NCBI RefSeq assembly: GCF_006345805.1
Contig: NC_043014.1
Location: forward strand, 39,246,001 to 39,310,000
Reading direction: 5' to 3'
Length of the DNA: 64,000 bases
From: Octopus sinensis
Lineage: Eukaryota
The notes under the pieces are model-generated. The model was not told where the DNA came from. It saw only the letters and a list, made by a program, of their open reading frames with translations, and made no database searches. Each line of letters begins with the position of its first letter. The first letter of the stretch is position 1. Shown here one piece after another: positions 50,599 through 63,245 of the stretch. The position numbers were made by a program, and so were the translations under genes.

Positions 50599-51261
50599 TT
50601 ATTTATTTACAATCGATTTTTTGGTAAATCTTATAACACTGAGCAGCTCAGGTCCAGAGCGACGAGAAATGACTGTTTCAGCGCACAGTCCATAACTATT
50701 CATAGTTTTTAGAATATCTGGTGGATCGTTTTCGGCAACAACCACCAAATAAAGTATCCCTGTTTCGGACAGAATGTGGGGGATAAGCGGGAAAAGTCTA
50801 TCCATGACTTCACGTCCTTTGGTGCCTCCGGCCCACGAGGCAACAACGGGATCGTCAGCATTAAACTTGATGTCATCACTTGGTGTCGGCACGTAAGGCG
50901 GGTTAAATAACAGAATATCTACTTTGTTTGAAAGTCTCGGAAGTAGTCCAGACATTAAATCAGTTTCCACTGCTTCGACGACCACATCGTTGTGAAAAGC
51001 CGTATCACGGGCGATCTGTACTGCTGTTCTGTTTATGTCTGTACAAATATAAAACAAGGATGGTCCCAGAACACGGGCTAAAAATACTAAAGGAACACCA
51101 CTGCCGCATCCTATCTCAACGCAAATGAATGGTTGTTGGTTTTTGATAAAAGGAAAGTCCTTCTCGATTGCATCGAGCAAAAGAAAAGTGTCCTCTGCTG
51201 GTTCATAAATTTTTTCGTAATCTTTCGAAGAAATGTGTGAGAAGTTTGGTGTAGAAAACAT
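50599..51261 (-). CDS. N6AMT1: HemK-family class I SAM-dependent methyltransferase N6AMT1/HEMK2 (KMT9 catalytic subunit; eRF1 Gln methyltransferase, partner of TRMT112); single coding exon, 220 aa
   Basis: Intact ATG-to-TAA ORF with EPAEDTFLLLDA, SAM motif I VEIGCGSG, DILLFNPPYVPT and WAGG..GREV, all characteristic of HEMK2/Mtq2. Confidence 0.97.
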   Translation of the reverse strand: MFSTPNFSHISSKDYEKIYEPAEDTFLLLDAIEKDFPFIKNQQPFICVEIGCGSGVPLVFLARVLGPSLFYICTDINRTAVQIARDTAFHNDVVVEAVETDLMSGLLPRLSNKVDILLFNPPYVPTPSDDIKFNADDPVVASWAGGTKGREVMDRLFPLIPHILSETGILYLVVVAENDPPDILKTMNSYGLCAETVISRRSGPELLSVIRFTKKSIVNK

Positions 51262-51422
51262 TACGGAATGAATTGAAGTCGAGAAGGAAAAAGCACATGT
51301 TGAAACGGAATTGTCTCCCTTTATGTATTTGGTTTTTGGACGTATATCTGACAGTTTTTTTTTTTTATTCGAGAAACACGCAGAAATTCAGTGTTTTGTT
51401 AATAAATATATATTTATTTCTT
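51262..51422 (-). promoter_or_regulatory. Probable 5' UTR/proximal promoter of N6AMT1
   Basis: About 160 bp of unique CpG-containing sequence between the ATG and a MITE; position only, no TSS evidence. Confidence 0.4.
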
Positions 51423-51845
51423 GGATCTTTTCAGTTTGAACGGCAGTTTTTTAAAATAATTTCCACGTAACTAAACACTTTTAAACTTCGTATACTGGTA
51501 GAATGTGTTTATAAAACATCTTTTTCTCTTGGCTTTATTGAGAAAATTCTATAGTTTGTAAGATATTTGTTGGGTTTTTTTCTTCAATTCCTGCAATTTC
51601 AACCAATCAATGACGTCTATTGAGATGAAAAACATTATGTGTCGTATGAATATGTCCCTCGTTTAAGAAACAGATTGGGTTTATTTACATTTGTGAAGAA
51701 AAAAAGATACCCTTCCCCCACCCTAACTCTAACTCTAGCCCTAAAATAGATTGAAATGCAATAGATCGATATTAGGGTCATAATTATGGGTAACAATTTC
51801 ATATGACACCGCTAGAAAAAACTGCCGTTCAAACCGAAATGATCC
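51423..51845 (-). mobile_element. Second copy of the same MITE, inverted
   Basis: Reverse complement of 48259-48661; flanks tatttctt / gataaatg do not match. Internal fragment at 40805-40940. Confidence 0.9.
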
Positions 51846-53924
51846 GATAAATGTCTTTACACATCCGTATATGTTTGATTCAATGTCCAACATTTGTAAT
51901 ATAGTGAGTCAAAACTGTTTGATAAACTAAAATTACTCATGCAATTAGAAGACAGAAATACCCCCTAGTATGTGTTTGAAATCTTAAAAGAAAACTCAAT
52001 CAAGGGAGATAATTCCAATAATATCAATAATCAATTTTTTGTAAAATAAAGACTATGCAATAAGGAATGAATCTAGTCCAAAACCAATTGGTGAGAGCAA
52101 CGGTAAGATTTTGATCTTGTTAGATCTTATCAGCCAAGTATATTTACACCAAGTTGCGGGCTTAGGAGTGTTCAATCATCATCATCATTTAGCATCCGTT
52201 CTCCATGCTAGCATGGGTTGGATGGTTCAACTGGGGTCTGTGAAGCTGGAAGGCTTCATCAAGCCCAGTCAGATCTGGCAGTGTTTCTACAGCTGGATGC
52301 CCTTCCTAACGCCAACCACTCCGTGAGTGTAGTGGGTGCTTTTTACATGCCACCCGCACAGGTGCCAGACAGAGCTGGCAAACGGCCACGAACGGATGGT
52401 GCTTTTACGTGTCACCAGCACGGGGCCAGGCGAGGCTGGCAATGGACACGAACGGATGGTGCTTTTACGTGCCACCAACACGGGGGCCAGACAGAGCTGG
52501 CAATATACATAGAAATACTGGGAAGTAGCAAGGCTGAATGTATAGCAACCACATTTACTGTAGGGTATCAGATATGTAATGTGCATTTTTACTTGTTTCA
52601 GTCATTGGATTCGTGTCATGCTGGATCACCATCTTGTAGGGTTCAGTCAGAGAAATCAATCCCTAGTATGAATTTTTAACCCTTTTGATACCAACCCGCC
52701 TGAAACCACTTCTGGCTCTGTAGTACACGTGTGTACCTATACCGAAGGATCGCCTTTGTTTATACTTCCATCATATTCTTGAATCTGCAATTATATAATT
52801 CAACTCTTTCTTCTCCTTTAGAAATGAATATACTTGTTTTCAAAAGTTCTGAATTAAAATCTTCCACCAAACCTTAGTCACAATTTGTGTTCCTAACACT
52901 AGGTTAATGATAACTAAGTTATTTTACTAAATTCTTTGTTATATTTAAAATTACTTGAAAGAAACACAGAGCATCTCAACAGAAATATGGTAACAAAAGG
53001 GTTAAGTCATGTACTTAGTTTATCAGTCTCTTTTGGTTGAACTACTGTGTTGGAGGGGGTGTCAAGAAACCAGCACCAGTTGTCTAGTGGTGAGTGGAGA
53101 CAAACACACACACACACATACACAATACACAGCACACATTATCATCATCATTGTTTTAACATCCACTTTTTCAAGCTTCTGTGTATCAAACATAGTTTAT
53201 TGAGGCAGATTTTCACCTGTCACCAACCCTCACCTGTCTTCAAGCAAGGTGATATTTCTTCATGACCAAACGTGTTTGTAGAATACTGGAAATGAACAAC
53301 ACTGCTTGTATTACAGCAACACCAACACAATGAAATACAAACATACACATGTTCATACTCATAAAATCATTTCTGCACCAATTTAGTGAAATGAAAAAAT
53401 TATATTAACTGAAATTATTCTTGTCATTGAAAACTAAGAACTATTTTAAGTAATATGAGTCTTAACTGTATGTGTATATATCTAAAAAAAAAATCATATT
53501 CACAATACCATATTTCACAGATTTTGTTGTTTGTTCCTTCTCGGGCCATCCCTGGCTCATAAGGGCCGGTTTCCCGGTTTCTTGGTGTATAGGTTCCCCA
53601 CCTGGATGGGACGCCGGTCCATCGCAGGTGAGCTGCGATGAGAAAGTTGTGGCGTAAAAGTCAGCAGAAGTTTCGCCATTACCTTCTGCCCGAGCTGTGT
53701 GGAGCTTAGGTGTTTCGCTCATAAGCACACACATCGTCCGGTCTGAGATTCAAACCCGCGATCCCTCGACCGCGAGTCCGCTGCTCTAACCACTTGGCCA
53801 TGTGCCTCCACATATCCACAGATTATATATATATTGAATAAAATTTAATATCCTTAACATGCCTTGCCCAATTGTTTGCCTTTCGTCACAACTTTAACCT
53901 ACACCTACTGACTCAACTAGCTTT

Positions 53925-55000
53925 GGTTTCTACAGGGACGACAGGCTGGCAATATCAAGTGGCGCTAATGGCCACATGCTAGATAGGCTCACAAAGGGCC
54001 TTACAAGCACCATGAACTCCCTCAGACTGAAGGTCGCTATAGAGACCAACCTGAAAATGATAGATTTTCTTGACGTAATCAAGAACCTAGAATCTGGTTT
54101 CCTTTAGGAGAGCAAATGAGATGTTGTCTTACATTAACTCAGGTTCCTGCCATCCAGCCATAGTGTTCAGGAATCTGGTTAAGAGTGTCGGCAGGAGAAT
54201 CTCCAACTTGTCTTCAAGCAAAGACATCTTTGATGCTGCTGCTCCATACTATAACTGGGCTCTGGCTGCCAATGGTTTCAAGGATAATATTAGTTACATG
54301 CCAGACCCTAGCCACCACCAAGAGAAAGCACCACAAACATTAAGACCAGAGTAGGTAAGCTCTTCCTCAGTTTAGTTGAAAGACACTTCCCCTGTACCAA
54401 CAGGTTCAACAAAATATGTAGTAGACATACCCTGAGATCATCCTTTAGCTGTGTGCATAGTGTAAAAAAATTTTAGTAGGTAGACCCACACCCGAGGCAG
54501 AGGCAGGATGCTCATGCAGGGGTTACACAACTTCTCCACTGAATGGCCACTGCAATATGGAGATAGTTGTTTACAAAACAGAAGTAACAGCAACAGGACC
54601 CAATGGAGACCTGAGTGTGTGGATGTATGTGGGAGCAACAGAAGGCCCCTTCAGAACATGTTTTAATGACCACAAGTGCTCCTTCAACATCCCAGAAAGA
54701 CACAACGCCAAAAATTTAGCCAAGCATGTCTGAGCTTTGAAAGAAAGTGCCACAGAGTACAGCATAAAGTGAAAGATCCTAGAAAAAGCAAACTGTACTT
54801 CAAAAGCAGCAGGAAGTGCAGATTATGCCTGGCTGAGAAGAGAACAATTTTAAAAGGTACCCAATGCCTGGATGTCTACTTGAAAAGCAGGAGTGAGGTA
54901 TTTAATCCTTGCCCACATGAAAGGAAGTGCATCCTGTCATACCTGAGCACTCCACCACGACTGCAACCACAGGTCACCTGCCTTGAATCTCCCCCAATGA
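53925..55000 (+). pseudogene. Decayed Penelope-like element (RT C-terminus plus GIY-YIG endonuclease)
   Basis: YRDDRL (YRDD RT motif), CNMEIVVYKTEV...YVGATEGPFRTCFNDHKCSF, KCRLCLAEK...RSEVFNPCPHERK; multiple stops and frameshifts. Confidence 0.88.
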
Positions 55001-55539
55001 CCTTCCACTAATGCCCTTGGGTCTGGCAAAATGAGTGTAGCGAACTCTAGTGAGCTTCCTCTCTTATATTACATACTTACGAATGTAGCAGGTAACAGTT
55101 AAACCTTTGGGAGCTGTTTTGGACCCTGTTGTGTCTACCACTCTGATTGGTTGGTATTGGCACAATTTGTCTCTTACTCTATTGTGTGCCAATATCTATT
55201 TCTTTACTACCCACAAGGGGCTAAACATAGAGGGGACAAACAAGGACAGACAAAGGGATTAAGTCGATTACATCGACCCCAGTGCGAAACTGGTACTTTA
55301 TTTATCGACCTGAAAGGATGAAAGGCAAAGTCGACCTCGACGGAATTTGAACTCAGAAAGTAACGACAGACGAAATACCGCTAAGCATTTCGCCTGGCAC
55401 GCTAACGTTTCTGCCAGCTCGCCGCCTTATTGTGTGCCAATATCCAACCCAACCAATCACAACCTCCAAATAAGTCACATGAGAGAGTCTGTTCCAAACA
55501 AGCATTTGAGCCTACCCATCAGCTATAAAAGCTCACCTC

Positions 55540-56262
55540 CTTCTAGTCTGTGCTGGTATGATCATATGCTATGGATGGGTGAGGAGAGCTGTGTGCAGAA
55601 GTGCCACTCCCAAACAGTGGAAGGAACCTGTAGTAGAGGGAGACCAAGGAAGACAGAGGATGAGGTGGTGAAGCATCCCCTTTGAACGTTGGGCCTCACA
55701 GAGGCAATGATGAAAGACCGAGACCTCTGGAGATATGCAGTGACTGAGAAGATCCTGCAAATAAAGTGAGATCACAGTTGTAGTCTATGCCAGTGTCGCA
55801 TAACCAGCCCACTCAAAAGTACCTTTGGATCGTAGGGCAACATGCTGTGCTTGAGGAGACCTATTGAGTCAAGTACATCAACATCAAAATCAAATCAAAC
55901 CACAATCAAGTGGAAATTGTAGTTGTGGCTGATGCCAGTTCCGCTGGTCTGGCTCCCCATGCTGGTGGCATGTAAAAAGCACCATCCAGATGTGGTTGAT
56001 GCCAGCACCACCTTGACTGGCTACCGTGCAGGTGACACGTAAAAGCACCATCCAAACATGGTCAATGCCAACCCCCTCTGACCCCTGTGCTGGTGGCATG
56101 TAAAAAGCACCAACTACACTCTCGAAGTGGTTGGTGTTAGGAAGGGCCACCAGCTGTAGAAACACTGCCAGATCAGATTGGAGCCTCTTGGCTTCCTAGA
56201 CCCCAGTCGAACCTCCCAACCCATGCCAACATGGAAAATGGACATCAAATGATGATGATGAT
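55540..56262 (+). mobile_element. RTE LINE 3' portion, same family as 15675-16780
   Basis: WYDHMLWMGEESCVQKCHSQTVEGTCSRGRPRKTEDEVVKH, then UTR and (ATG)n tail. Confidence 0.9.
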
Positions 56263-56383
56263 GAAAGAATATACAAAAGATATTACAAACCAATTAGTGA
56301 TAAGAAGAATATTTTTTAAAACATCTGTATTTAAAAAAGTAAATTTTATTCTACATGTTATGAATACTTATGAATACCATTGT

Positions 56384-56416
<33 letters not shown>

Positions 56417-57474
56417 AGGCTTCTTTCAGTTTTCATCCACCAGATCCATTCACAAAGGTTTGGTTTACCTGGGGCTATAGTAGAGGATACTTCACAAGGT
56501 ACTACTCAGTGGGAATGAACCTGAAATCATGTGGTTGAGAAGTTACTCACCAATACACTTCAACCTCTAGCCAACAGAGCTGCTGTCTTTTCTCTCTCCT
56601 TTTTCTGCAGCTACTACAGATGTTTCTATTTTTTGGCAGGGCCTGGCTGGTCCTGTGCATACCCTACTCTCTCATCACTTTTCCTCTTGTAATCCCTCAT
56701 AAAGTGTTGATTTCTTCCAGATCCTCCACAAGCCCAGTCCTGCACTTTCTAGAATTCTCAACCCACATATAACTCTGTAACTTTTAAACTAGTTTCAGCT
56801 CAAGAGCTGTGGTCATGCTGGGGCACTCCCATTGGTACATGTTTATTTTGCAGCCATCTTGCTGCAACTGTTCAAGAGGAACATTAACCACATCAGTCTT
56901 AGTGGACTTGCCAAAGTTGTGGGCTTAACCAATAGAAAGAAAACCAAACCAATATAAAGAGAAGAACAAAAATGGTAAAAACAAATCGTTAGCATGTTGG
57001 TCGAGATATTTAGTGGTGTTTTGCCTGTCATTATGTTCTGAGTTCAAATTCTGCCAAAGTCAACTTTGCCTTTCATCCTTTCAGGGAGGTGGGGGGGATG
57101 AATTAAATGCAAAGATGAAAGAGAATGAAAGAAAAGAAATATCTATTATAGGTGTGGCTGTATGGTTAAGAAGATTGTTTTTACATCCATGTGACTGTGA
57201 GTTCAGTCCCAGTGTGTAGTGCCTTGGGCAAATGTCTTCTGCTATAGCCTTGGGCTGACCAAAGCCTTGTGATTGGATTTGGCAGATGGAAACTGAAAGA
57301 TCATTTGATGACCATCTTCCTTACTGGCATGGGATGGATGGTTTGAGAGGAAGTGGTAAGCCAGAGGACTGCACAAAGGTCTTCTGTCTGCCTTGGTATG
57401 GTTTCTATACCTGGATGCCATCCACTTTACAAAGTGTACTGGGTGCCTTTTACATGGCATCAGCACTGGCAATA

Positions 57475-57622
<148 letters not shown>

Positions 57623-58795
57623 ACCGCGTGTGTAGCGTTGGTGATTTTTTTTCCTCTGTCTTCCCTTCTCTGGATCTTTCCTTCTCCTATGTTTCTGACA
57701 AAGAGCTCCGCTCGAAACGTTAAACCCTCCTTCTTTCCTTCTTTCCTGAGTGTCCAATAATACTATATTTGTTCCAAGTCCTCGCGTTGTGTTTTTTGTG
57801 CTTTCATGTTTGGATTAACTATATATATATATCTCATCATCATCGTTTAACATCCGTTTTCCATGCTAGCATGGGTTGGACGGTTCGACCGGGGTCTGGG
57901 AAGCCAGGAGGCTGCACTAGGCCCCACTCTGATCTGGCAGTGTTTCTACAGCTGGATACCCTTCCTAACGGCAACCACTCAGGGGAGGCTGGCAATGGCC
58001 ACGATCGGTTGGTGCTTTTTACGTATTGTAAACAAATTTATAAGTACCAAGTTAGTTGGTTGTCTTTGTGTTTGTGCCCCACCACTATTTGACAACTGGT
58101 GTTGGTTTGTTTATGTCTCTGTAACTTAACAACTCAGCAAAAGAAACCAATAGAATACATACCAGGCTTTAAAAAAAATTTGTTTTGGAATCAATTTGTT
58201 CAACTAAACCCTTTAAGGCAGTGCCCCAGCATGGCCACAATCCAATGACTGAAACAAATAAAGGACAAAGACTCACCAGTCGAATTTCTTTGTTTATTTC
58301 CTTTAAAATTTGCCTTCTGAATTATAAAAAGGAGGAAAAGTTTTCCAAGACAACTGGAATCACAAGATCATATCAGCTAAACCATTAGATAAAACATTAT
58401 CTTCAGACTACAAGCCACATCATAAAGTCAGCTGTCAATGATTGCCAAAGGCATTATTAAAAGATAAAATATATATAAAAAAACCATCAATATGCATCTG
58501 ACACTGTCTTGCTATTTGCATTATTCGGACAGATCATGTTTCAGTTTGCTTGTAACTAATTTTAGATTCTGATGGCATCCATCACTATGCAAAAGTTTAT
58601 GTCTAAAATATTGATTTCTCTTTTTTTATGGGAATATAATTTCTGTCTTAGGAATAGAAAATGGAATGTGATTTGTAATTAGTAAAATATTTCAAACAAA
58701 AGTTCCACTCCCAACATCTCTCATAAATAAATAATTAATTAAAGTTTTTGAAATTTCATCTATTATGTCTTTACATGAATACACACACACACACA

Positions 58796-58837
<42 letters not shown>

Positions 58838-60985
58838 TACACACACACATACATAGTTGAAATTTATAGAAAAACAAAAAACGAAGACAGGCGTATGAAT
58901 AACAAGCAAGTGTATTAGTTTGATGCCTTGGGAAAATGAAAGAGTCTTTTACGTTTCAAGCCTATGCTCTTCAACAGAAAGGAATAAGAGAAAATAAACA
59001 GAGAGAGAGAGAAGGAAAATTACTTGTACCTTTCAGCGGTCCATATATATCCAGAAAGGACTCTGACAAAAATAGTTTTAATTTTTTTAGGTCACTTGAA
59101 ATAACTGGACTGCCCTGCTCCTGTCCAAGCGTAGGCAGCCAGCAGTCTGAAACTACCGCCGTCACTACCGTCTACGTCGAGGACCACCAACTTACCTTCT
59201 GGATCCAGGAAGACTGTCCTTATTTTCAAATCCAGGCCCTTCCGAAACAATACCGCAGTATGGCGTTAGGAAGGGCATCCAGCCGTAGAAACACTGCCAG
59301 ATCAGACTGGGCCTGACGAAGCCTTCCAGCTTCACAGACCCCAGTTGAACCGTCCAACCCATGCTAGCATGGAAAGCGGACGCTAAATGATGATGATGAT
59401 GATGATGATGATTCAATCTTAATGTTAGATTTATACCATTTGTGTAAATCTATCAGTAACATACCTATAATGACTACTGGAAACAGCTGTAAGCAGAATT
59501 TGCTCCAATAAATGAAAAATATGTAATGATTATTGTCCGAGGTTGTTGCCAGTGCTGCTGGACTGGCTCCTGTGCAGGTGGCACGTAAAAAACACCATTT
59601 GAGCGTGGCTGTTGGAAAAGCTACTAATAGTTTCATGCTATTATGATACTTGAACAGACATATTCATAAAATACTCCATGTATCAGAGTCTGGACGATTG
59701 TTTTAGAATACATGGCATATTTTATGAATATGCCTATTCAAGTATCATAATAGCATGAAACTATTAGTAGCTCTTTCAGTTGTATATTTAAATTGATATA
59801 TATATATATATATATATATATGTATCATCGTTTAATGTCCGCTTTCCATGCTAGCATGAGTTGGACGATTTTGACTGAGGGCTGGTGAGCCAGATGGCTG
59901 CACCAGGCTCCAATCTTGATCTGGCAGAGTTTCTACAGCTGGATGCACTTCCTAACGCCAATCACCTGCACGGGGGCCAGTCAGGCAGTACTGGCAATGA
60001 CTCGCTCGAAGCTTTTTACACATGCCACTGGCACAGGTGCCAGTAAAGTGACATTGGTAACGATCATGCTCAAATGCTGCCCTTTTACATGCCACTGGCA
60101 CCAAAGAACTGAGGTATTTCGGATTGCAAGACACTGTGTGAGAGAAAATTGTGATGTCACAACTACAATTTGTAAGCGACCTCATCACACACACCCTCTC
60201 AGGTAGGTGACCCTGTTCAATCTGTAGAAAAGGTGTAGGTAGAAACTCCATAAGATGAACCCAGTGTAAGCTATGGACACATAGGAGGTGCGGCAACATC
60301 AAAGCAAAATACAGAAGCGTGTTAAGACAGCTAGCTTTGGTAGATAGAGCTTGTTATATACTAAATGCTTTCCACTGTATTTTTCTCTATCCTGGACATC
60401 ACTGAATTAGGTTGTTTAGTACCGCCAGACTGGCCCTTGTGCCAGTGGCATGTAAAGGTACCCACTACACTCTCAGAGTGGTTGGCATTAGGAAGGGCAT
60501 CCAGCTGTAGGAACTCTGCCAAATCAAGATTGGAGCCTGGTGCAGCCATCTGGTTTGCCAGTCCTCAGTCAAATCGTCCAACCCATGCTAGCATGGAAAG
60601 CAGACATTAAACGATGATGATGATGATGATGATGAAATTATAATATTCACAGCATTGACATATCAAGAATATATTACTACAGGTATGGATCTCTCCAAAA
60701 TTGGGATGCTTATTGCACCACATCACAAAGAGGCTGGTTATATGTCCAGTAATATTGACATTGGTGGCAACACCCTTATATATGCATGCGTATCTGTGTG
60801 TAATAAATACATACACATATACCCAGTGCCATGGATAGGAAAGCGAGGAATAGCATCATCACCAAAGTCCATCATCCAGTGACACCCACAGCAGTATATT
60901 GGTTAAGAGGACAGCTTCTCCATCAGGTCACCAGCTAAAGATTGAAAAGAGAGATGAGATATGTGTGTGTATGTATAAATATATA

Positions 60986-61206
60986 TGTAGTGACACCAGG
61001 TTTTAGACGCCATTTTGGGATGTTTATCTGCGCATGTGCAAAGTTTGGTATCTTCTGGTAGGCTGCCGGCAGTCCCCTGATGCGCATGCACAGTAATCAG
61101 GAGCAGTTAGCCTTTCCTACTATTCCAAGTCTCTTGGCTCTTGGCAGTGATGAATTAAGACGTGTCCCGACAAGGCTCCGAGCGAAGTGGCGAACCAGGC
61201 TCCACA
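60986..61206 (+). mobile_element. Possible LTR-like segment
   Basis: Begins TGTAG, could end CCACA, GC-rich; no paired LTR, clear PBS or TSD. Confidence 0.25.
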
Positions 61207-61899
61207 GGCAGTGAAGACTGTTTTAACCATGGTGATTTAATCCAACTCTGCTGCCTTCCTAACCCAGGCATTCATGCTATCGATGACCAGCGATGAAGTA
61301 TCTCCTTCTGTGAAATAATGAGTGGCTGTGTGGTAAGTTGCTTGTTTACCAACCACATGGTTCCGGGTTCAGTCCCACTGCGTGGCACCTTGGGCAAGTG
61401 TCTTCTACTATAGCCTCAGGCCGACCAAAGCCTTGTGAGTGGATTTGGTAGACGGAAACTGAAAGAAGCCCGTCATATATATGTATATATATATATATGC
61501 GTGTGTGTGTTTGTGTGTCTGTGTTTGTCCCCCTAGCATTGCTTGACAACCGATGCTGGTGTGTTTACGTCCCCGTCTCTTAGCGGTTCGGCAAAAAGAG
61601 GCCGATAGAATAAGTACTGTGCTTACAAAAGAATAAGTCCCAGGGTCGAGTTGCTCGACTAAAGGCGGTGCTCCAGCATGGCCGCAGTCAAATGACTGAA
61701 ACAAGTAAAAGAGTAAAGAGTATTATTGTTATTTGTTCAGCTATTCTTGTTCCTGCCGTTTTATTCCTTTCTACAGCATTGTAGGGAAAAATGTGTGATG
61801 CACCCTACAAGTGTAGATATCACACAGAGATAGATAACAAAAATCCTACATATATATTAGCCAGGTGCCCTTTCTGAGTCCATTGATTGGGTTACCAAG

Positions 61900-62190
61900 A
61901 TTCTCCAGTTCCCTCAGTGTTGTGCTACATGCATACAATTAGCCACGTTGTTGCTTCCTGTCCAGTCTCTGATGTCATCACTCCACAAATATCTTTGATA
62001 GCCCCTCCACACTTCCTTTCAAGATGGTCTTGGGCAATGGCTCATGGTACACTGCATGTCTAAAACATGACAGCTTCATGGACTGGATTCTTGACAATAG
62101 GTTGTCTTAGGTCTTTCAGCATTTCTAGTACTGCACCATTTGTTGCCTTGTCTTTCCAGCTTGTGCAACCTCTTGAAAGAGCTGTCCTTC
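61900..62190 (-). mobile_element. Degenerate RTE LINE fragment
   Basis: KLSCFRHAVYHEPLPKTILKGSVEG resembles the RTE consensus KLxWFGHV...LxKTILxGxVEG. Confidence 0.7.
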
Positions 62191-62209
62191 ACTCCTGCTT
62201 CACAGCGTC

Positions 62210-62470
62210 GGCTGCGGGGTCACTCCGAAAAGCTCTATCTGTGACGATTTCATCTCAATCGAAGGAGAGGGGCTTTCTCCATCCGGGTTGCGGATCCGTG
62301 GAATAAGCTGCCGGACGAGATAGTGAAGATTCCGACGACCACTCGGTTCAAAGTCTCTCTTGACCAGAAATGGCCTGAACTCTTTGCATGAACACCCTCC
62401 CTGTACATAACTCAATGTCCTCCTACATGGCCTTGCTTTTTGCTTTTTGAGCCAAAAAATTAATTTAACT
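62210..62470 (+). mobile_element. CR1 LINE 3' end
   Basis: RGHSEKL...RRGAFSIRVADPWNKLPDEIV...FKVSLD. Confidence 0.85.
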
Positions 62471-63245
62471 TAAGAATGAAGATCCACATCCCAAAGGCAT
62501 CTAGCCTGTCCATCGGCCAGCACATTGCCCCAGTTTTACTCTTTAACTTGTTTCAGTCATTTGACTGTGGCCATGCTGGAGTACCGCCTTTAGTCGAGCA
62601 AATCGACCCCAGGACTTATTCTTTGTAAGCCTAGTACTTATTCTATCAGTCTCTTTTGCCGAACCGCTAAGTTACGGGGATGTAAACACACCAGCATCAG
62701 TTGTCAAGCGATGTTGGGGGGACAAACACAGACACACAAACATATACACACACACACACATATATATACATATATACGACGGGCTTCTTTCAGTTTCCGT
62801 CTACCTAATTCACTCATAAGGCTTTGGTTGGCCTGAGGCTATAGTAGAAGACACTTACCCAAGGTTCCATGCAGTGGGACTGAACCCAGAACCATGTAGT
62901 TCGTAAGCAAGCTACTTACCACACAGCCACAACATTAAAATGGTGGTTGTGATGGAAGGTGTGTTGCTAAGTGGTTAGGGTATTCAGCTCATGGTCGTAA
63001 GGTTGTGAGTTCGATTCCCTGCAGAACATTGTGTCCTTGAGCAAGACATTTTATTTCACGCTGCTCCAGTCCACCCAGCAGGCAAAAATGAATTGTAATT
63101 GAAAGGGCTAGCCTTGTCAAATTCTGTATCATGTTGAATCTCCATGAGAACTATATTAAGAGTACATGTATTTGTGGAGGGCTTAGCCACTTGCACATTA
63201 ACTTCATGAGTAGGCTAGTCTATTGATCAAATGAACTGGAACTTT

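Noticed and set aside
50599-51261. DNA adenine methyltransferase or bacterial restriction-modification gene (NPPY motif)
   Set aside because: The full motif set matches the eukaryotic HEMK2 protein methyltransferase, whose DNA 6mA activity is disputed; no prokaryotic context.
51715-51745. Interstitial telomere (ccctaa-like units, also near 63415)
   Set aside because: Only 2-4 degenerate units, and they are internal to the MITE family.
48251-51853. Composite transposon that captured N6AMT1
   Set aside because: The outer flanks (gaaatttt versus gataaatg) do not form a TSD, and the left MITE has its own TSD, so it inserted independently.
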